From: Octopus vulgaris
Lineage: Eukaryota
DNA: 64,000 nt
Assembly: GCA_951406725.2 (NCBI GenBank)
Contig: OX597823.1
Coordinates: 83,762,001-83,826,000 of the forward strand
Reading direction: 5' to 3'
Positions 13,869 to 28,607 of the stretch are shown one piece after another. Under the pieces are notes generated by a model. The model did not search any database. It had not been told where the DNA came from and saw only the letters and a program-made list of their open reading frames with translations. Position numbers and translations under genes: made by a program. Every line of letters starts with the position of its first letter. Within the stretch, counting starts at the first letter, position 1.

Positions 13869-14336
13869 GTGTATATTATGTGTGCATGTGTGTGTATGCA
13901 TATGCATACATACATACATATATGCATTATTCGTATACACACGTCTGTGTGTATATGTGCGTATATCTGCTGTCTGAGCGCGTATGTTTTTGTTTGTTTT
14001 GTTTTGAGTGTGAGTATCTATATAAAATTCGCCATTAGATATCACAACCTCAAGCCTGTCATAACAAATCAACTCTGATATGAAATCAATTTTTCATTTC
14101 CAATAGAACAACTTCAACATCGCCCGGCAATTGACAATAGTAGTTTGTTGACAAGACAATGAATGCGATATATTGCTTTGTCTCGTTTTATTTTTTTGGT
14201 CCATTCCTCGAATTCATCAAAATCAGCCAAAGCATCTCTATCATTGCATCACGACGATATTTTTCTTTTTACTTTCTCGTTTTCTCACGATATTTATTAA
14301 TGAATATATAGATGGAAATTCAATAGAAAGATCATG

Positions 14337-14367
<31 letters not shown>

Positions 14368-14587
14368 TTGTGGAGCGCAACGTAGACTGTATTACATTGC
14401 TGTGTTGTCGTTCAGTGTTCATTTTGTTTTTTTTTTCACTGTAGTCTGTCAAGATATATTTATTAAGAAACGATAAAATAGAAGAAGCCAAATCAATATT
14501 ACTTAGCAGATTATAAATTTATAAATGTTATCATATCTGCTCAGATGGAAGTGGCAAAGCTCTCACTGGAAGCTAGGAATAAAACTA

Positions 14588-14870
14588 CGTACATACATAC
14601 GTAAATACATACACACATACATACATACATACATACATACATACATACATACATACATACATACATACATACATACATACATACACACATGCATACATAC
14701 ATACATACATAAATACATACATACATATATAAATACATACATACATGCATAAATACATACATACATACATACATACATACATACATACATACATACATAC
14801 ATACATAAATACATACATACATATATAAATACATACATACATGCATAAATACATACATACATATATACAC
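14588..14870. repeat. (TACA)n microsatellite
   Basis: Direct inspection. Confidence 0.95.
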
Positions 14871-16486
14871 CGTCAACATCGGACGTGCAGGTGTAGAGGA
14901 TCGTTTAAAATGTCCGTTTTGAACGTCTTCCTCTAAAGATTTGCTGACTTCTCCAGCCTAAATCGGTAACTGGCTTGTTTCTCGAATAATTAATAAGAGA
15001 AACACCTTTTACCCACCCACGTATCGTTATCCTGAACAGATTTTAAAATATATATATCTACAACACGTAGAAACTTGCCAACACGATTATGGCTGAAACT
15101 ATCGCCACCACAAATGAAACAAACAACGTCACCACCGATGGAAACAGAATTTCTTCACCAGTAAGTTATTTAAGAAGACGTAAGTACTCTTCTCATTTTA
15201 CTTCAACTCAACAACTAAACCAAGATTTACTTCGATGCTTTAAAAAAGCTCGAGGTGACCCTTCAATCGGATAGATGTAGTGGTTAAAACAATACTGAGA
15301 CGAAGCTCATCCCGACTTAAATACCTTCACAGCGAAACACACCTCCGACAACAAGCATCTTATGTAAATAACAAGTCAACTGATCCTCGATCCTCCTAAA
15401 ACACTGAGAATGAGCCAAAATCTGTCAGAAGCGGCGTAAAAAAATAATGTAAACACCATCGCTAAATATGTGTGAGCCTCCAAACGTAGCTGACTCAGTA
15501 GCGACGACTGCGGAATACATCCACCTCAAAAATATTTTAAAGTTACAATTCGCAAAAAAATTTTGCTACTTCTCGAAGCTTTCGTTGAGCAACAGACAAT
15601 TCCCAACAAGAGCGAGGAAAAATCCGACCGATCTAATGTTTAAAGTTATCAACGATGTCACTGGAGAGCCCATGGAAGTTAATTACAGGAATATAACTAC
15701 TCTTATATACACATTCGCTATTACACTTAAAGAAAACCTAGGAGAAATCTACAGTGAAAAACGTAACGAAATCGCTAAACAAAAACTATCTAGATGGAAA
15801 ACAACACTTGAAGAAAACATCAACAACATGTCCCGCCATATTGGATGGTTAATTTCAACAATAAAATGTAAGCTCTACCTTCCACAAAAATTGACTAAAC
15901 CTTATGGCAACTCTTCACACCGAGCTCTTGAGAGAAAGCTAATCACTTTAAAACATGAACTGAGGACGATGAGCGAGAAACTCCGCTATCGCATGCGAAT
16001 TTTTGAACGATCCAGTATCGATCACAAGTTTGCTTCCAACCCATAAGCATTATACAGAGAGACGAGGAAAGAAAATATTACCATTAAGACAGCTCCCTCC
16101 CAAGAAAATCTACTATTATTCTGGTCGAAAATTCCGAACGAAAAGAGGAATTTTAACCTGAATGCATCATGGTTAAATACAACTGAGAGAGAACACTGTA
16201 CCAACACTAACAGTAAAACATACGGAATTGATGCAGAAAACTTCGCTATAGTAATTGGCAAACTGCAGAATGGGAAAGTACCTGGAAAGGACCTAATAGT
16301 TGGATATTGGTACAGGAAGCTGACAGTTTATTGAAACCAGTTGATATATATGTTCACAAGGTCAGACTGATATACCAAACTGGCTTGCTACAGCAAGGAC
16401 AAATCTTGTTGCCAAAAATGAAATCATCGAGATGGCAGGAAACTACAGGCCCATTGCTTGCCTAAACATTATGTACAAACTGTACA
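14871..16486 (+). mobile_element. Decayed R4/Dong-clade non-LTR retrotransposon, 5' half
   Basis: Broken ORF from 15089 (DEAHPDLNTFTAKH; KVPGKDLIVGYWYRKL; WLATARTNLVAKN...NYRPIACLNIMYKLY = start of RT). Multiple stops and frameshifts. Confidence 0.8.
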
Positions 16487-16498
16487 TATATATATATA

Positions 16499-16854
16499 CT
16501 AGCAGTATCGCCCGGCGTTGCTCAGATTTGTAAGGGAAATAACTATAAAGCATTTTTAGAGAGTTATAGCCAAAAAATAGAAAAAAAATGATGGTAAATT
16601 TTTTTTGAGAGTTAAAAAGGTGGAGTTGCGTCCCCTAGACGGTCTGTGGTTTGGGTTTCTGATTCTCGACCCCATGTCGAATTTATCGATTTTTTTCAGA
16701 ACTGGGGGAACTTTTCAAAATTTTCGCTGCGTTAGTTTTGAATTATGACATTGGGCTATGTGTGTGTCAAGTTTCATCAGAATCGGTTGAAAGCCGTGGT
16801 CAGAGTGAGGGTACAAGCAAACAGACACACAGAAACACGCACAGACAAACTGCC

Positions 16855-16895
<41 letters not shown>
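16499..16895 (-). mobile_element. Non-autonomous Helitron (Lep1-like organisation)
   Basis: 3' CTAG at 16499-16502 with GC hairpin remnant (gagcaacgccggg); aagtttcatcagaatcgg and acagac repeats. The 5' end is lost in (TA)n. Confidence 0.7.
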
Positions 16896-16899
<4 letters not shown>

Positions 16900-17147
16900 T
16901 AGTAGAGTTATCAGTTGGAATAACCGTCTAAGCGATTAGAATATCCGTTCTACTACCGGTATAAATCCCATGTGTTAACCCCGAGCATATATATGCAAGC
17001 ATAGTATGCTCATAGGATACAGGCAATAACAAAGATAAGCAAGTGTTTATCAGGAATAAAGTTTAAATTAAGCAGAAAATGGAGAAATCTTGATCAACGA
17101 CAATTGTCTACCATCGATTATTATTTTTTAATATAAAACTTTATTCC

Positions 17148-17257
17148 ATCTAACAGCCGTTTCAGCTTCCAATGTCCTGCAGTATTGCCAAAGAAAATTC
17201 TGAAGATAATATTCGTCATATTTTGTAACACATGGAACATGGAGCTTCATCAGAGTG
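17148..17257 (-). ncRNA. Hammerhead motif with extended stem II
   Basis: cact CTGATGA agctccatgt...acattggaagct GAAA C-ggct-GTT agatg. Confidence 0.6.
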
Positions 17258-17486
17258 AAGAAAAATGCATAAAAATAAAAAAGAAGAAAAGAAGAAGAGC
17301 CTCGAGAGGAGGAATGAAGGCTTACTATATTTGAATCATATCATTTTGCAGTGTAACGCTTCAGGCATGATTCAAATATAAGATTCAAATATATTATGGT
17401 AAGACTGAAATTTATGATTCAAATATATAAAGCCTTCATTCATCCTCTCGAGGGTCATCTTTTCTTTTCTGTTATTTATTTTTCTT

Positions 17487-17604
17487 CACTCTGATGAAGC
17501 ACCATGTTCCAGATCGGATGTGCTACAAAATATGACGAATATTATTCTCAGAAATTTCTGTGGCAGCACTACAGGACATTGGAAGCAGAAACGGCTGTTA
17601 GATG
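17487..17604 (+). ncRNA. Hammerhead motif with extended stem II (second arm)
   Basis: CTGATGA at 17491-17497, GAAA at 17588-17591, GTT at 17597-17599. Confidence 0.55.
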
Positions 17605-17682
17605 GGATAAAGTTTTGTATCAAAAAATAATAATCGAGAATAGTCAACTGTTGTTCATCATGATTTCTCCATTTTCTGCTTA

Positions 17683-17811
<129 letters not shown>

Positions 17812-18644
17812 CACATTTCTTCGTAAACCCACATATACATGCAATATCCGTACATACAAACATATATGCATTGATAGAATACATATATACATTCGTTCAT
17901 ACACGCAGGGATACATGTATACAAAAATGCATGCATGCATGAATATATTCAAGCATGGATATATAGCTGTATAACTACATATACACATACATACACGCAA
18001 ACATCCATCCATCCATGCATTAATATTGTATGATACATTCCTGCATGCATGCATGCATGCATATATGCCTACATACACATACCTCTATATATACATACAT
18101 ACATAGATACATATATACCATCCACACACGCATTGATACATACATGCTATGCATTTATACGGCTTGGTGCATTTGTTAAAACCTTATGCTACGTAATTCG
18201 TAGAAAGGAAGGTTAAAATATGAGAAATTACAGTGATGTACCAAGTATTATCAGCCATTATATGAATCAATACTTATGCAATGTTTCTGTCAAACTTATA
18301 TAAAATGTAAGCCTAACTTATCTGACATTATGATCTAAGACTAAGGAAAGGAAGTGTCTCCTGTAATAAATATCAGTTGTCCTATGGATATTAAAGATAA
18401 ATGAGAAAGAAAATATCAATGCTGAACTCAGCAGAAGTCTACAGATATGACACATGAATTATGATTTTAGAGTTATAAATGTGATCATGGGGATACTTTG
18501 TCATGTAACTGACTGGTTCAGTATTAATCTTTAGAAACTTGGCTTAGTAAAAGCAGAGAAGAGACGGTTAATTAGAGAATTACTATAGCATGACATTAAT
18601 GAAATTGTAAAACTATGGAGAGAATTCCTGAAATTTAGTGTGTA

Positions 18645-18745
18645 GTATGTATGTATGTATGTATGTATGTATGTATGTATGTATGTATGTATGTATGTAT
18701 GTATGTATGTATGCATGTGTGTATGTATGTATATATGTGTGTGTA

Positions 18746-18799
<54 letters not shown>

Positions 18800-18800
18800 C
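18645..18800. repeat. (TATG)n-(TG)n microsatellite
   Basis: Direct inspection. Confidence 0.95.
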
Positions 18801-18814
18801 ATGTATATCTGTTC

Positions 18815-21045
18815 TTTACTGTTTTTAATTATTTAATTTTTTCCTTTGAAGAAGGAACTGTTTTCTAACAATGATAAGAAGCTCTATCTTTAGAACGTAA
18901 ATAACGAAAGCAATGCCACGTTTTAATCCTGAGAAACGTTTTGCATAATTTTACTGTTCTACTTACAAATTGCATTTGTAATGTGCGAATCAGTTAGTTG
19001 ATTTCTTTTTCTGAAAATCCAAGCTAATTCAGACTGACAGTTAAGCATTTACTTACAAAACCAAGTGCTCCAATTCTTGTTGGCTGTAAAGTAACTTTTC
19101 AATCCGGATATAGATCGAGGGTTTCGAAGCCGTTGTCCGTACTGTAGTTACTCCTTTTTCTTTGATTTTCGAAGAGATATTCACATCAGCAGGGCAGTTG
19201 ACCTCTATGATAGTATATGATTTTTACTTGTTGGTCTCAAACAACAATAGTAGGTCTGATATGCTTAGACTTGACTGACGTTTTGATGGAAAAGTTCTAC
19301 CGATATTCCTTGTGTTGATATTTGTGTACCTATTCAACGACAGGAGGATTCCCTATATTTATTCCAGGACAGTCTTTTTCCACATGATATTTTAATTTGC
19401 TTTTGCGGCAACGTCGTGTCGTATAGGGAGGTAGTACCTTGATGACATTATTGGGCTAATCACATGTGTGATGTCTTTCAAAGAAATATGACGATCTACA
19501 TTTTCGGTTGCATCTTGGAACTCCAAGGGCTTCATTGTCTCTTAGTTATGAGGCATTTAGTAGCAATCCGCTATTCTCTTTTATTTATTTGGTGTTTAGT
19601 AGGGATCTCCTGATCTTGGATTGCAAATGCATTGCCAACGATGTGTGATGTGATATAGCGGTCAGAGTCCAAGAAAGGCTTCGCTTTATGTCAATGTCAC
19701 AGTCTTCATCAGGTCTTCAGGAAACATCCGCATGCGTGGTCTGTTTTTGGTATGCTGAACGGGTATTCTTTGAGGTGTATTAGTCCGGCTGCTTTGGGGG
19801 TGGTATGGGAGGTCATCAGGAAGAGAATGCTTCCTGAGGAGCTCACTTCTGATACATAGGATATTGTTTTCTTCACGTTTTAGCATTAATGTGTTGATTT
19901 TTGCTGCTGTTGTTTTAGCAAGTGCAATCTGACAGATTACGTGGCATTTGAAGGCTGTCTGCACTGATCTCAAACCCCTACCGCCTTTATCTCTTCTTAA
20001 GTAGACCCTGTCGATATCACTATTTCTGTGGAGATTTCCAGCTGATGTCTGAATCTTGCGGATTTTAATGTCTATGGAGTGAGTTTAGTCTACAAGCCAG
20101 TGATGTATCCCATATGGTGAAATCAGCACTGGAATTGCAAATACATTATTTGATGTTGTCTTGTAAGAAGATAGTTCCGACTGCCATATTTTTCTAAGTC
20201 TGGTGTAATATTCTTGGATCACTCTACCTTTTTCACAATACCTTCGTGTGATATATTTTCATCAATGCCTAGGTACTTGTAGCATTCTTTGCGGGACAGG
20301 AGACATAGTGAGGCCATTGATGCACAGTTTTTGTGTCAGAGGAACTAATTTTCCTAGTTCAGCAATCAGATATGAGCATATTTTTGACCAAATTCCATTC
20401 CTATGTCAGCTATGTTATTAATTCCAGCTACTTTTGGCATCGTTAACATTTGTAGCAAAAATATCGAAGTCACGCACATAAAAATATGGGGTACGTTAAT
20501 ATCTCTAGATGTTGCAGACTTTGATTTTTGTAACAGCAATGATAATGGACTTAACGCCAAAATGAACAGAATTACAAAAAGACTATCTCCTTGGAACATT
20601 CACTTTGAGATATGTATGACATTGGAGACGATTGTTACTCTCCCAGTTCTAAGTGTAAGAATCGTTGCTCATACTTTTGTGAGCCTCTCAAAGGCCACAA
20701 ATAAGATAGCAGAAACTTTCGCCAAATGGAGACACTACAGCAGCCATGAATGAGGAATGAAGAACAGAGTCAAATGCCATGCTATATTCCAACAATATCT
20801 TTGCAAAGCATTTTTTACCTCAGAAAGTACAGCTTTGTTTATCGAAAATTGTTCGGCATACTCCACACTCCCCTCTTTCCAACCGCCTGCTTATCAGTCA
20901 TTAAGTTGTTGAACCTCAATGATCCCGGAGGAATTGGTTGAAGAACCTTATGTATAGTTTGTATATAATGTTTCGACAAACAATGGGCCTGTGGTTTTCT
21001 AGAAACTCGATGGTTGCATTCTTGGCTACAAGATTCGTCCGCATG
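18815..21045 (-). mobile_element. Decayed R4/Dong-clade retrotransposon, RT + Zn knuckle + RLE 3' half
   Basis: Motifs RPIVCRNIIYKLY, FQGDSL, DIGMEFG, YKYLGI, DIDRVYLRRDKGGRGL, DITHVIS...YLPIRHD and RPTIVV*D...IIEVNCP, across frameshifts. Confidence 0.85.
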
Positions 21046-21552
21046 CATGTTTGTTTTAAAAATTTATATACAGCCAGTACAATTTTCAACACACGATAAA
21101 AAGTGTATCTGATTTCTGAAAATAGTAATAACGTACCGAAATCTCTTTTATAGAAGTAAATAGTTTCAGAAAAACAAAATGCTTTCTCATAATAAAAAAT
21201 ATTATTAATAGCTTATCTAAATTAAATATCATGTATTAAAAAAATTTTTACGTCTTCGATATTTAAATCTAATATTTCATAATTTAGTAATAAATACGCA
21301 CGCATGCAGACACACACACACATCATACCACACACACACCACCACACTCACGAACACACACATAAATAAATGGATAAATAAATAAATACGAAAACAAACG
21401 TTCATAGTCTGGTTTCTGGCCTTGAAGCAGTTTTAAACGTTTTCAACACCGTCGATAAAATATTATTTTTGTAGATAATGAATCAATGAATCGTGTAAAA
21501 ATATTTTAAAAACATATCTGTCTTCAGCTTTTAATTACTTGTTTATATAATG

Positions 21553-21607
<55 letters not shown>

Positions 21608-21624
21608 ACAACAATTGCAACGTT

Positions 21625-21959
21625 GAAGGTGTTTATAAGCCATTTAAAAACACAAAAACCGTTAGATTTACTTCAACATTCAAATTTAATTTGCTAAAAT
21701 ATTTTCTTTTCTACTCTAGGAACAAGGCCCGAAATTTTTGAGGAGTGGGGGGTGAGGGGTGGCAGTCGATTGGATAGACCCCAGTACGCAAATTAAGTAC
21801 CAGTTGCAAGCTGGGATCGATCCAATCGACTGGCCCCCTCCCCCAAAATTTCGGCCTTGTGCCTAGAGTAGAAAAGAAAATATTTTTGCAAATTAAATTT
21901 TAATGTTGAAGTAAATCTAAGGGTCTTTGTGTGTTTTTAAATGGCTTATAAACACCTTC
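21625..21959. repeat. ~335-bp imperfect palindrome (AT-rich arm + SINE A tail)
   Basis: 21625-21791 is the reverse complement of 21804-21959. Confidence 0.9.
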
Positions 21960-21967
21960 CAGGATTA

Positions 21968-22105
21968 TTCATTTTTGCCAGCTGAGTGGACTGGAGCAAC
22001 ATGAAATGAAGTGTTTTGCTCAAGGACACAATGCGTTGCATGGTCCAGGAATCGAAACCGCAATCTTACGATCATGAGTCCAACACCCTAACCACTAAGC
22101 CACAT
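21968..22105 (-). mobile_element. SINE head C fragment
   Basis: gtggcttagtggttagggtgttggactcatgatcgtaag...gtccttgagcaaaacacttc. Confidence 0.75.
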
Positions 22106-22127
22106 AACTCCACACACACACACACAC

Positions 22128-22302
22128 ACACTGGTTGTGAAGCGGTAGGTGGGGGCAGACATGCACAAAATATCTACACACACACGTAGGTGGGGGCAGA
22201 CATGCACAAAATATCTACACACACACACACACACATGTGTGTGTGTGTGTGTGTAGATATTTTGTGCATGTCTGCCCCCACCTACCGCTTCACAACCAGT
22301 GT
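22128..22302. repeat. Perfect fold-back of a SINE D segment, with a 41-bp tandem duplication in the left arm
   Basis: Centre at 22235/22236 (acaca|tgtgt); duplicated units start at 22145 and 22186. Confidence 0.9.
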
Positions 22303-22926
22303 TGGTTTGTTTACATTGTCGTAACTTAGCAGTTTGACAAAGGCAAAAAGGACCTATAGAATAAGCACCAGTCTTTTAAGAATATATAATTACTAAATTC
22401 CTGCCCTGTTATGGCCACAGTCCAATGACTGAAACAGGTTAAAGATAAAAGATGGAAGATAGGCAATGAATAAAGACTAATGGGAAACTATAGCCGATGT
22501 CTAATGCTGCAAATAATTACTTTCCGTTTCTCAGAGCAATTCTTTCAATGGGTCAATGGTATGCAATAATCCGATTAATTAATGATCAATCATTTAGGCT
22601 GACATTAACATATTTGACGTAATTTAACGATTAGCCAATCAGGTGGATTCTGTCAATAGTTTTGTGTCTTGTATCAAAGCAATTTCCCAAAGTATGATGA
22701 ATGGAGTTTCATTCGAAAGAGTTGTCAGTTTGGAAGTTTCAGCATAAGAGGTTAGAAATCATGTGATATTAATTATACATAATTACACACAGATACAGAC
22801 GCAGACACACATACACACACACACACACACAAACACACAGACACACAGACACACACATACACAGAGACACACATACATACATGCCTGTCTATCTTATGTA
22901 AGCATGTTTGCTTGTATGTATGTATT

Positions 22927-22968
<42 letters not shown>

Positions 22969-22981
22969 TATACATACTTAC

Positions 22982-23014
<33 letters not shown>

Positions 23015-23587
23015 GTATATGTGTACATACATATATAGAATATGTATATATATATATATATATATATAATATGTAAATATGTATAGTCATGTATATTTAT
23101 ATATATGCATGTGTGTATAAATGTATGTCTCAATATATCTATGTGTTTTTGTGCGTGTACATGTGTGTGTCAGCTTAGCACACAGATATAGGTATATATG
23201 CGTATATATACTGTTTGTGTGCGTTTGTGTGTGTGTATAAAATACATGTATGTTTACACACATACACTCATACACACACATAAATAAAAAGTTAGGAGTT
23301 ATGAGGGTGAATATATTTATTTAATCACTTGTCTTCCTTAAGGTTACGGCCGTTTCGTAACCTTAATCATATAATAATAATTTCAGTGTATAATAAATTA
23401 TTTTACATATCTCTACTAATATGCATGCTACGCATTAAACAATACAGTCATATATTTAAAAACCGATTACTCTGTGGTCTGCTAGCCGGATTCGCTAGAG
23501 AAGCTTTCCCTGATAGCCATTTTATTCTATGAATCTATATATTACGCTACAAATTTATATATGTGTGTGTGCATTTATTTCTGTTTA

Positions 23588-23635
<48 letters not shown>

Positions 23636-24225
23636 ACAAGTACTAACCTGAAAGCTTAGTACTTGTCAAAAATAACGCGGTTTATTTCTGTCTCCCTCAA
23701 GCAATTCTTAATCTTCCTGTTTCAATCTTCTTCTATTAATTCTTGTGTTAATTTTGTCTTCTTGATTTTATTTTTATTCATCTTACTTTCCGCCTTCTAC
23801 TTCTTCTTGTGCAATTGTTACTGTTTTGCAGGACTTCTTCTTTTCCTCTCCAGATCACGTCAAGCATTTAGTTTGATTTTGATAATCGTATTTTTTCTTT
23901 AGTCGAAAATCAAGGAAATTGTTTTTCTTTTCTATCCATGAAAACTTCGCTGCAATGATTAGTGGTACTTGAAAAATCGGCTTTTCATTTCTTTATTGCC
24001 ATGCTTTTTATGAAGATGCGTGTTCTAGTGGCTAGGGCGTTGCAGTCCCGACCACTAGACTATGGTTTCGATCCCCAGACTGGACTATATCTTGGTTAAT
24101 GTAGTGTGAAAAATTACGAGACCGTCTTGGTTAGAACTTCTAAAATCATTTGTCTTGTAAATTAGGATTGAACCAATGTTAAAAAGAAGACTAATTGGTA
24201 TATTTTATGAGAACCAATGAATGTA

Positions 24226-24500
24226 AAGGTACATAGCCTATTGATTAGCGCGTTGCACTCACGATTGTAAGATCGCGGTTTCAATTCGCGGACCAGGCGG
24301 TGCCTTATGTTCTTGAGCAAAATACTTCTTTTACATTGTTCTATCCAGTACAGCTGTAAATGTGTAACCTTCTGACGGACTGGTATCTCCATCAGCGGGG
24401 AAGGTTGTGATCTCGGTCACTTAATTACCATGGAAACCGAATAGCCGACCCTATGAGTCCTAAAACCTGAGATAGTAATGTCCAGGGCCTTACTACTACT
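24226..24500 (+). mobile_element. Old tRNA-derived SINE, head C + V-domain-like tail
   Basis: Colinear with 36977-37585 (ctgacggactgg...gggg...gtaatgtccag). Confidence 0.65.
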
Positions 24501-25544
24501 TTAATTCCTATGCTCTTGCTACTCCTCCCTCATTATTCTCACGCATTCACTGTCACACCTTATTATTTCTCTAAACACATCTACAGTTTCAAACAAGGGT
24601 GGTTCCACTGGTGGTCGCAGTTATTACAAGGGAGATAATCATTCCGACATGATATGGGGGAGAATTAGAAATTTGAAATTAAATTTTCTTTCTTCGTTTT
24701 TAATTATTTTGCTCGTATTATGAAGAAGTTTCGAGTCATTGGGAATCATATATCGCATCCTTTTATTCTTTTTAGAAATCATCAGTATGACGTAATCTGT
24801 GACTTAATGATTAAACATTTTATGAAGAGAGATGTTACATTAAAGACGGAATTAATTACAGACTGAAGGACAATACGGTTTCTTTTGTTTTCTTCTCTCA
24901 ACGAAGTTCTGCTGTAACCAATTCTTCATTTCCTTTCTCAAAGTCTTTCCTGTTACACAGATTTTGTTATCGTATTAAAGCCTCTTTTTGTTTTCCGCTT
25001 TTTCTATCGATCTATCTCTATCATTTTCTCTTTCCTGTGCTTTTGTTAATGTCATTAACTCCTCAATTCACCTCTCCGTTGTGGGGAGGAGAATATTACT
25101 TCTTCACACAATCTCTTTCTCTCTCAATATTTATTCCTTCATCTCTATTTTTCTGCATCTCTTCCCCTCACGGTTAGATGTCTTCTGGCTATTTTGACTC
25201 TCTCCTTGGCACATATCTATTTATGTAGTTAATTTGACTCTGTTTAAAATACTTACGTTCTCTCTCTTACTCTCTCTCTCTCTCTCTCTCTCTCACCATA
25301 CTCAGTACAGCTATTACTTTCTCTTCCCACATTCCTAAACTAACGACCCAACAAAAATTGACACCTTCCGTATATATCTGAAGATAAACAAAGTAATCAA
25401 AGCGTATGATTTCGGGTGTTTCTCCGTCAAGTAGTTAAGGGTACGGAAGCACTGAAGTGTATACAGAAGAGATACCTTCTGCTACAACAACAGAGTATTA
25501 TTGTATGAATGTCTGTATGCATGTATGTATGTAAGTATATGTGA

Positions 25545-25842
25545 AGATTTGTATGTTTTGTTTTATGCATGTATTCTCAAGCATATAGTTGCATATCTAG
25601 ACATGCTCATATATATTTAAATGAGAAACTTCTGGAAAGTTTTACAGATTTATATAGTTCCAGTGATGGACTGGATTTTGTAGTCTTCGAATTACTTTTC
25701 TCCCTTCTGGTTTTGAGAAGGCCAATTTCTCAAGATTGGTATTTAGGCAGTGTGTTACAGATTCTGGGGTCCTGATAATTACAGATATAAACCCGAACTT
25801 GTAATCTGGATAGAGTAACTGAAGATTTCTCAATAGTTCAGT
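25545..25842 (-). mobile_element. 5'-truncated R4/Dong-clade 3' end between (TACA)n tracts
   Basis: ELLRNLQLLYPDYKF...NLEKLAFSKPEGRKVIRRLQ resembles the RLE C-terminus; (TATG)n on both flanks. Confidence 0.7.
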
Positions 25843-26052
25843 TATGTATGTATGTATGTATGTATGTATGTATGTATGTATGTATGTATGTATGTATGTA
25901 TGTATGCATACATGCATGTTTCTGTCTGTTTGTTTCTCTCTCTATGTGTATATATATATGTGATATATGTGTGTCTGTGTATATGTGTGTATGTATATAT
26001 ACATAAACATACACACACACACACACACATATATACATATATATATATATAT

Positions 26053-26098
<46 letters not shown>

Positions 26099-27014
26099 GT
26101 GTGTGTGCGCGCGCGTATGTATGTGTGTGTGTGTGTGCATGCTTATGTGTGTGCGTGTGTGTGTATATGTGTAAGTACAAGAGTGCGTGAGTGGGCTCTA
26201 CACATGTTCCATCTGCCGAATTCTGTGTACAATATGGTGCTACAGTAGAACTCAGCTATATGTATATATGTATGTATGTATGTCTATATGTGGGTATGTA
26301 TACATATATGTGCATGCTTGTATGTGCGTGCGTGTGAGAGTAAATATAATTCACCTTAACATACACATATTTTGGGATTTAAACAATCATACGAGCGAGA
26401 ACACTTTGATCTGAACTAACTGAACTGTCTGGACTTATTCCGCTCCTTAATCTCTTCTTCTGCACCGTACAACCTATTTATGTTGCTTTAGATTTAAGCA
26501 ACGTTAACTTAAATACAGTATTTTACATATAGAAAGAGTGTTTAACTTTCACTTTCATAGAAAGCAATAGTATTTGGTATATAAACTATTTGGAAAGACG
26601 AGTAGAAAATTAAATGTTTTCTATTAAAATGTTCCTCAGAAAGAAACTGAAGGTTAACTAGCGGAACAGTGTCATAATAAGAAGAATCTGAAAAGAACAT
26701 GTTTACAACCACTGCATGATATTATACAAGAGCGCCGATTCTGCCTGTCTAGCAACGTTTCAATGTGTTGCCCAGTGGCTCTGAACCCCTTTGATTGCTA
26801 TCTTATTCTAGTGGGTCGCTATTGCCACCCGCAGCTTAAAAATTAGTTGTTTTTTTATACTTCTTCCAAAATTTTTATTTTGCTTTTCACACATTAACTT
26901 GAATATGTTAAACGTTAAAGAAATGTAGCTTTTTCTTGCAATAAATACATAAAAAGCAAAATCTTTTCATGGAACTTTAAAATCTTATTGTGGATCCTCA
27001 GTTTACTATTTTGC

Positions 27015-27225
27015 TTGCATGGCCCCCATGAACCACTCATCCAGCCGATGAACGGCACGAGAAAATAGCCAGCCTGAAGATTAATTAGCGGTGAATGTTT
27101 CAAGATTTGGAGACCGAAGACATAATCTGGAATAGATGTGCAAGGGTAGCAGCCGATCGAACGCGATGAAGGAAGCTTGACATCTAATGTGCTAAACAGA
27201 GCTGGAGGATCTAAAGCTAAAGTTG
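27015..27225 (+). mobile_element. RTE-type LINE 3' remnant
   Basis: FQDLETEDIIWNRCARVAADRTR*RKL resembles the RTE C-terminal A-x-DR-xx-WR motif. Confidence 0.5.
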
Positions 27226-28149
27226 TTTGCCCAGCAGCTTTAAATTGACTCCACAAACAAATAATAAATATACATATGTAAGTAACACCGTGGTGATGAA
27301 TGAGTTAGCAAATGATATATCAAACGACGTATTGCAAACAGTTCTCAATCAATTGAAATATTTCCTAGTTGGAGGTAAAAACTAATTTTCGGTATTTGTC
27401 AATCGTTCTTCAAATAAAGGGAGATAAGTTAATGAAATTAGGAATTCGTGCTTCTAAATTAATTTGTATGCTTCAGCAAAGACCTGAATATGGTTTACTA
27501 GCTATTCACGCATGGTTCGATTAGTTGACAAGGTTTTAGAAGCAGAGAAGTTGATAAGAATACTTTTGGGCTGGTATAATTTGTATTATTAAAGATAAAG
27601 GAGCTAACGGTAAGACTGAGAGAATGGGTTGAAAGTAGATAAAAGAGTTAAAGGATTGTGTACGAAATTACGTACGTAAGAATTTCCCAATAAATTGAAT
27701 TTTCCTTTTCAATTAATGGAGGAAAAAATCCTAGCGTTAAATGCTATCAGCTCAAAGAAAGGAGAAATTAAGGATTACTGCTTCATAATAAGCGCCTAAG
27801 CTTCAAATCACGTATCATCAATAACAATAATGATTTTACAGTTCTATATTTAAGAGCTGAGGAATTATGTAAATAATGTAAATAATGATTATTTTTATTG
27901 TTTATTATTAGCTTTCATGTATAATAAAAATATCTGTAAAGAGACACAATTAAATGAACACTTTAGATGATGTATAATGAAGAAGGTTATGCAGAAGATA
28001 CGACAAAAATAGCAGGAGAGAAACGGAAAATGCAATACTAACGGAATGACTTGCCTACACGTTCTCTCTTTCGTCAGTTGTCGACCAAAATCATAGTAAT
28101 TTCGACACCTTCTGACATGAGATAAGAAACAGCAATAAGAACAACTAGG

Positions 28150-28485
28150 CGATAAGAAGTTCGTTTCCCAAACGCATGGTTCTAGGTTCAGTCCCATAGC
28201 GTGGCACCTTAGTTGTCTTCTGAAATTGCTCTTGTTAATGGATTTGATAGACAGCGACTGAAAGAAACCCGTAGTATATGCATAGACCCACACACATACA
28301 CAATCAGTCCTCCCCACTGCCATTTGACAGTTAATGTTAACTAAGCGGTTCGGCAAAAATTGAACAATAAAGTAAATACCAGACTTAAAAATAAGTACTG
28401 CGGTCAGTTTGTTCGACTAAACCCATCGTGGTGGTGTTCCAGCATGGCCGCAGTCCAATGACTAAAACAAGCAAACGACAAAAGA
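28150..28485 (+). mobile_element. Degenerate SINE family D
   Basis: Head, gcggttcggcaaaa, and tail cagcatggccgcagtccaatgact. Confidence 0.7.
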
Positions 28486-28607
28486 AAATAATAATACAAA
28501 ACGCAAAGTATATTTACAACTGCAATTGCATTAATTATAAATCTGATAGATCAGGGATTAACAAATGCAAGAACAACGAGTTCATTCCATTATGTATCAC
28601 AGTCAAA

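Noticed and set aside
23338-23368. GAAAC-GGCC-GUA half-hammerhead within a hairpin (minus strand)
   Set aside because: No CUGAnGA partner found.
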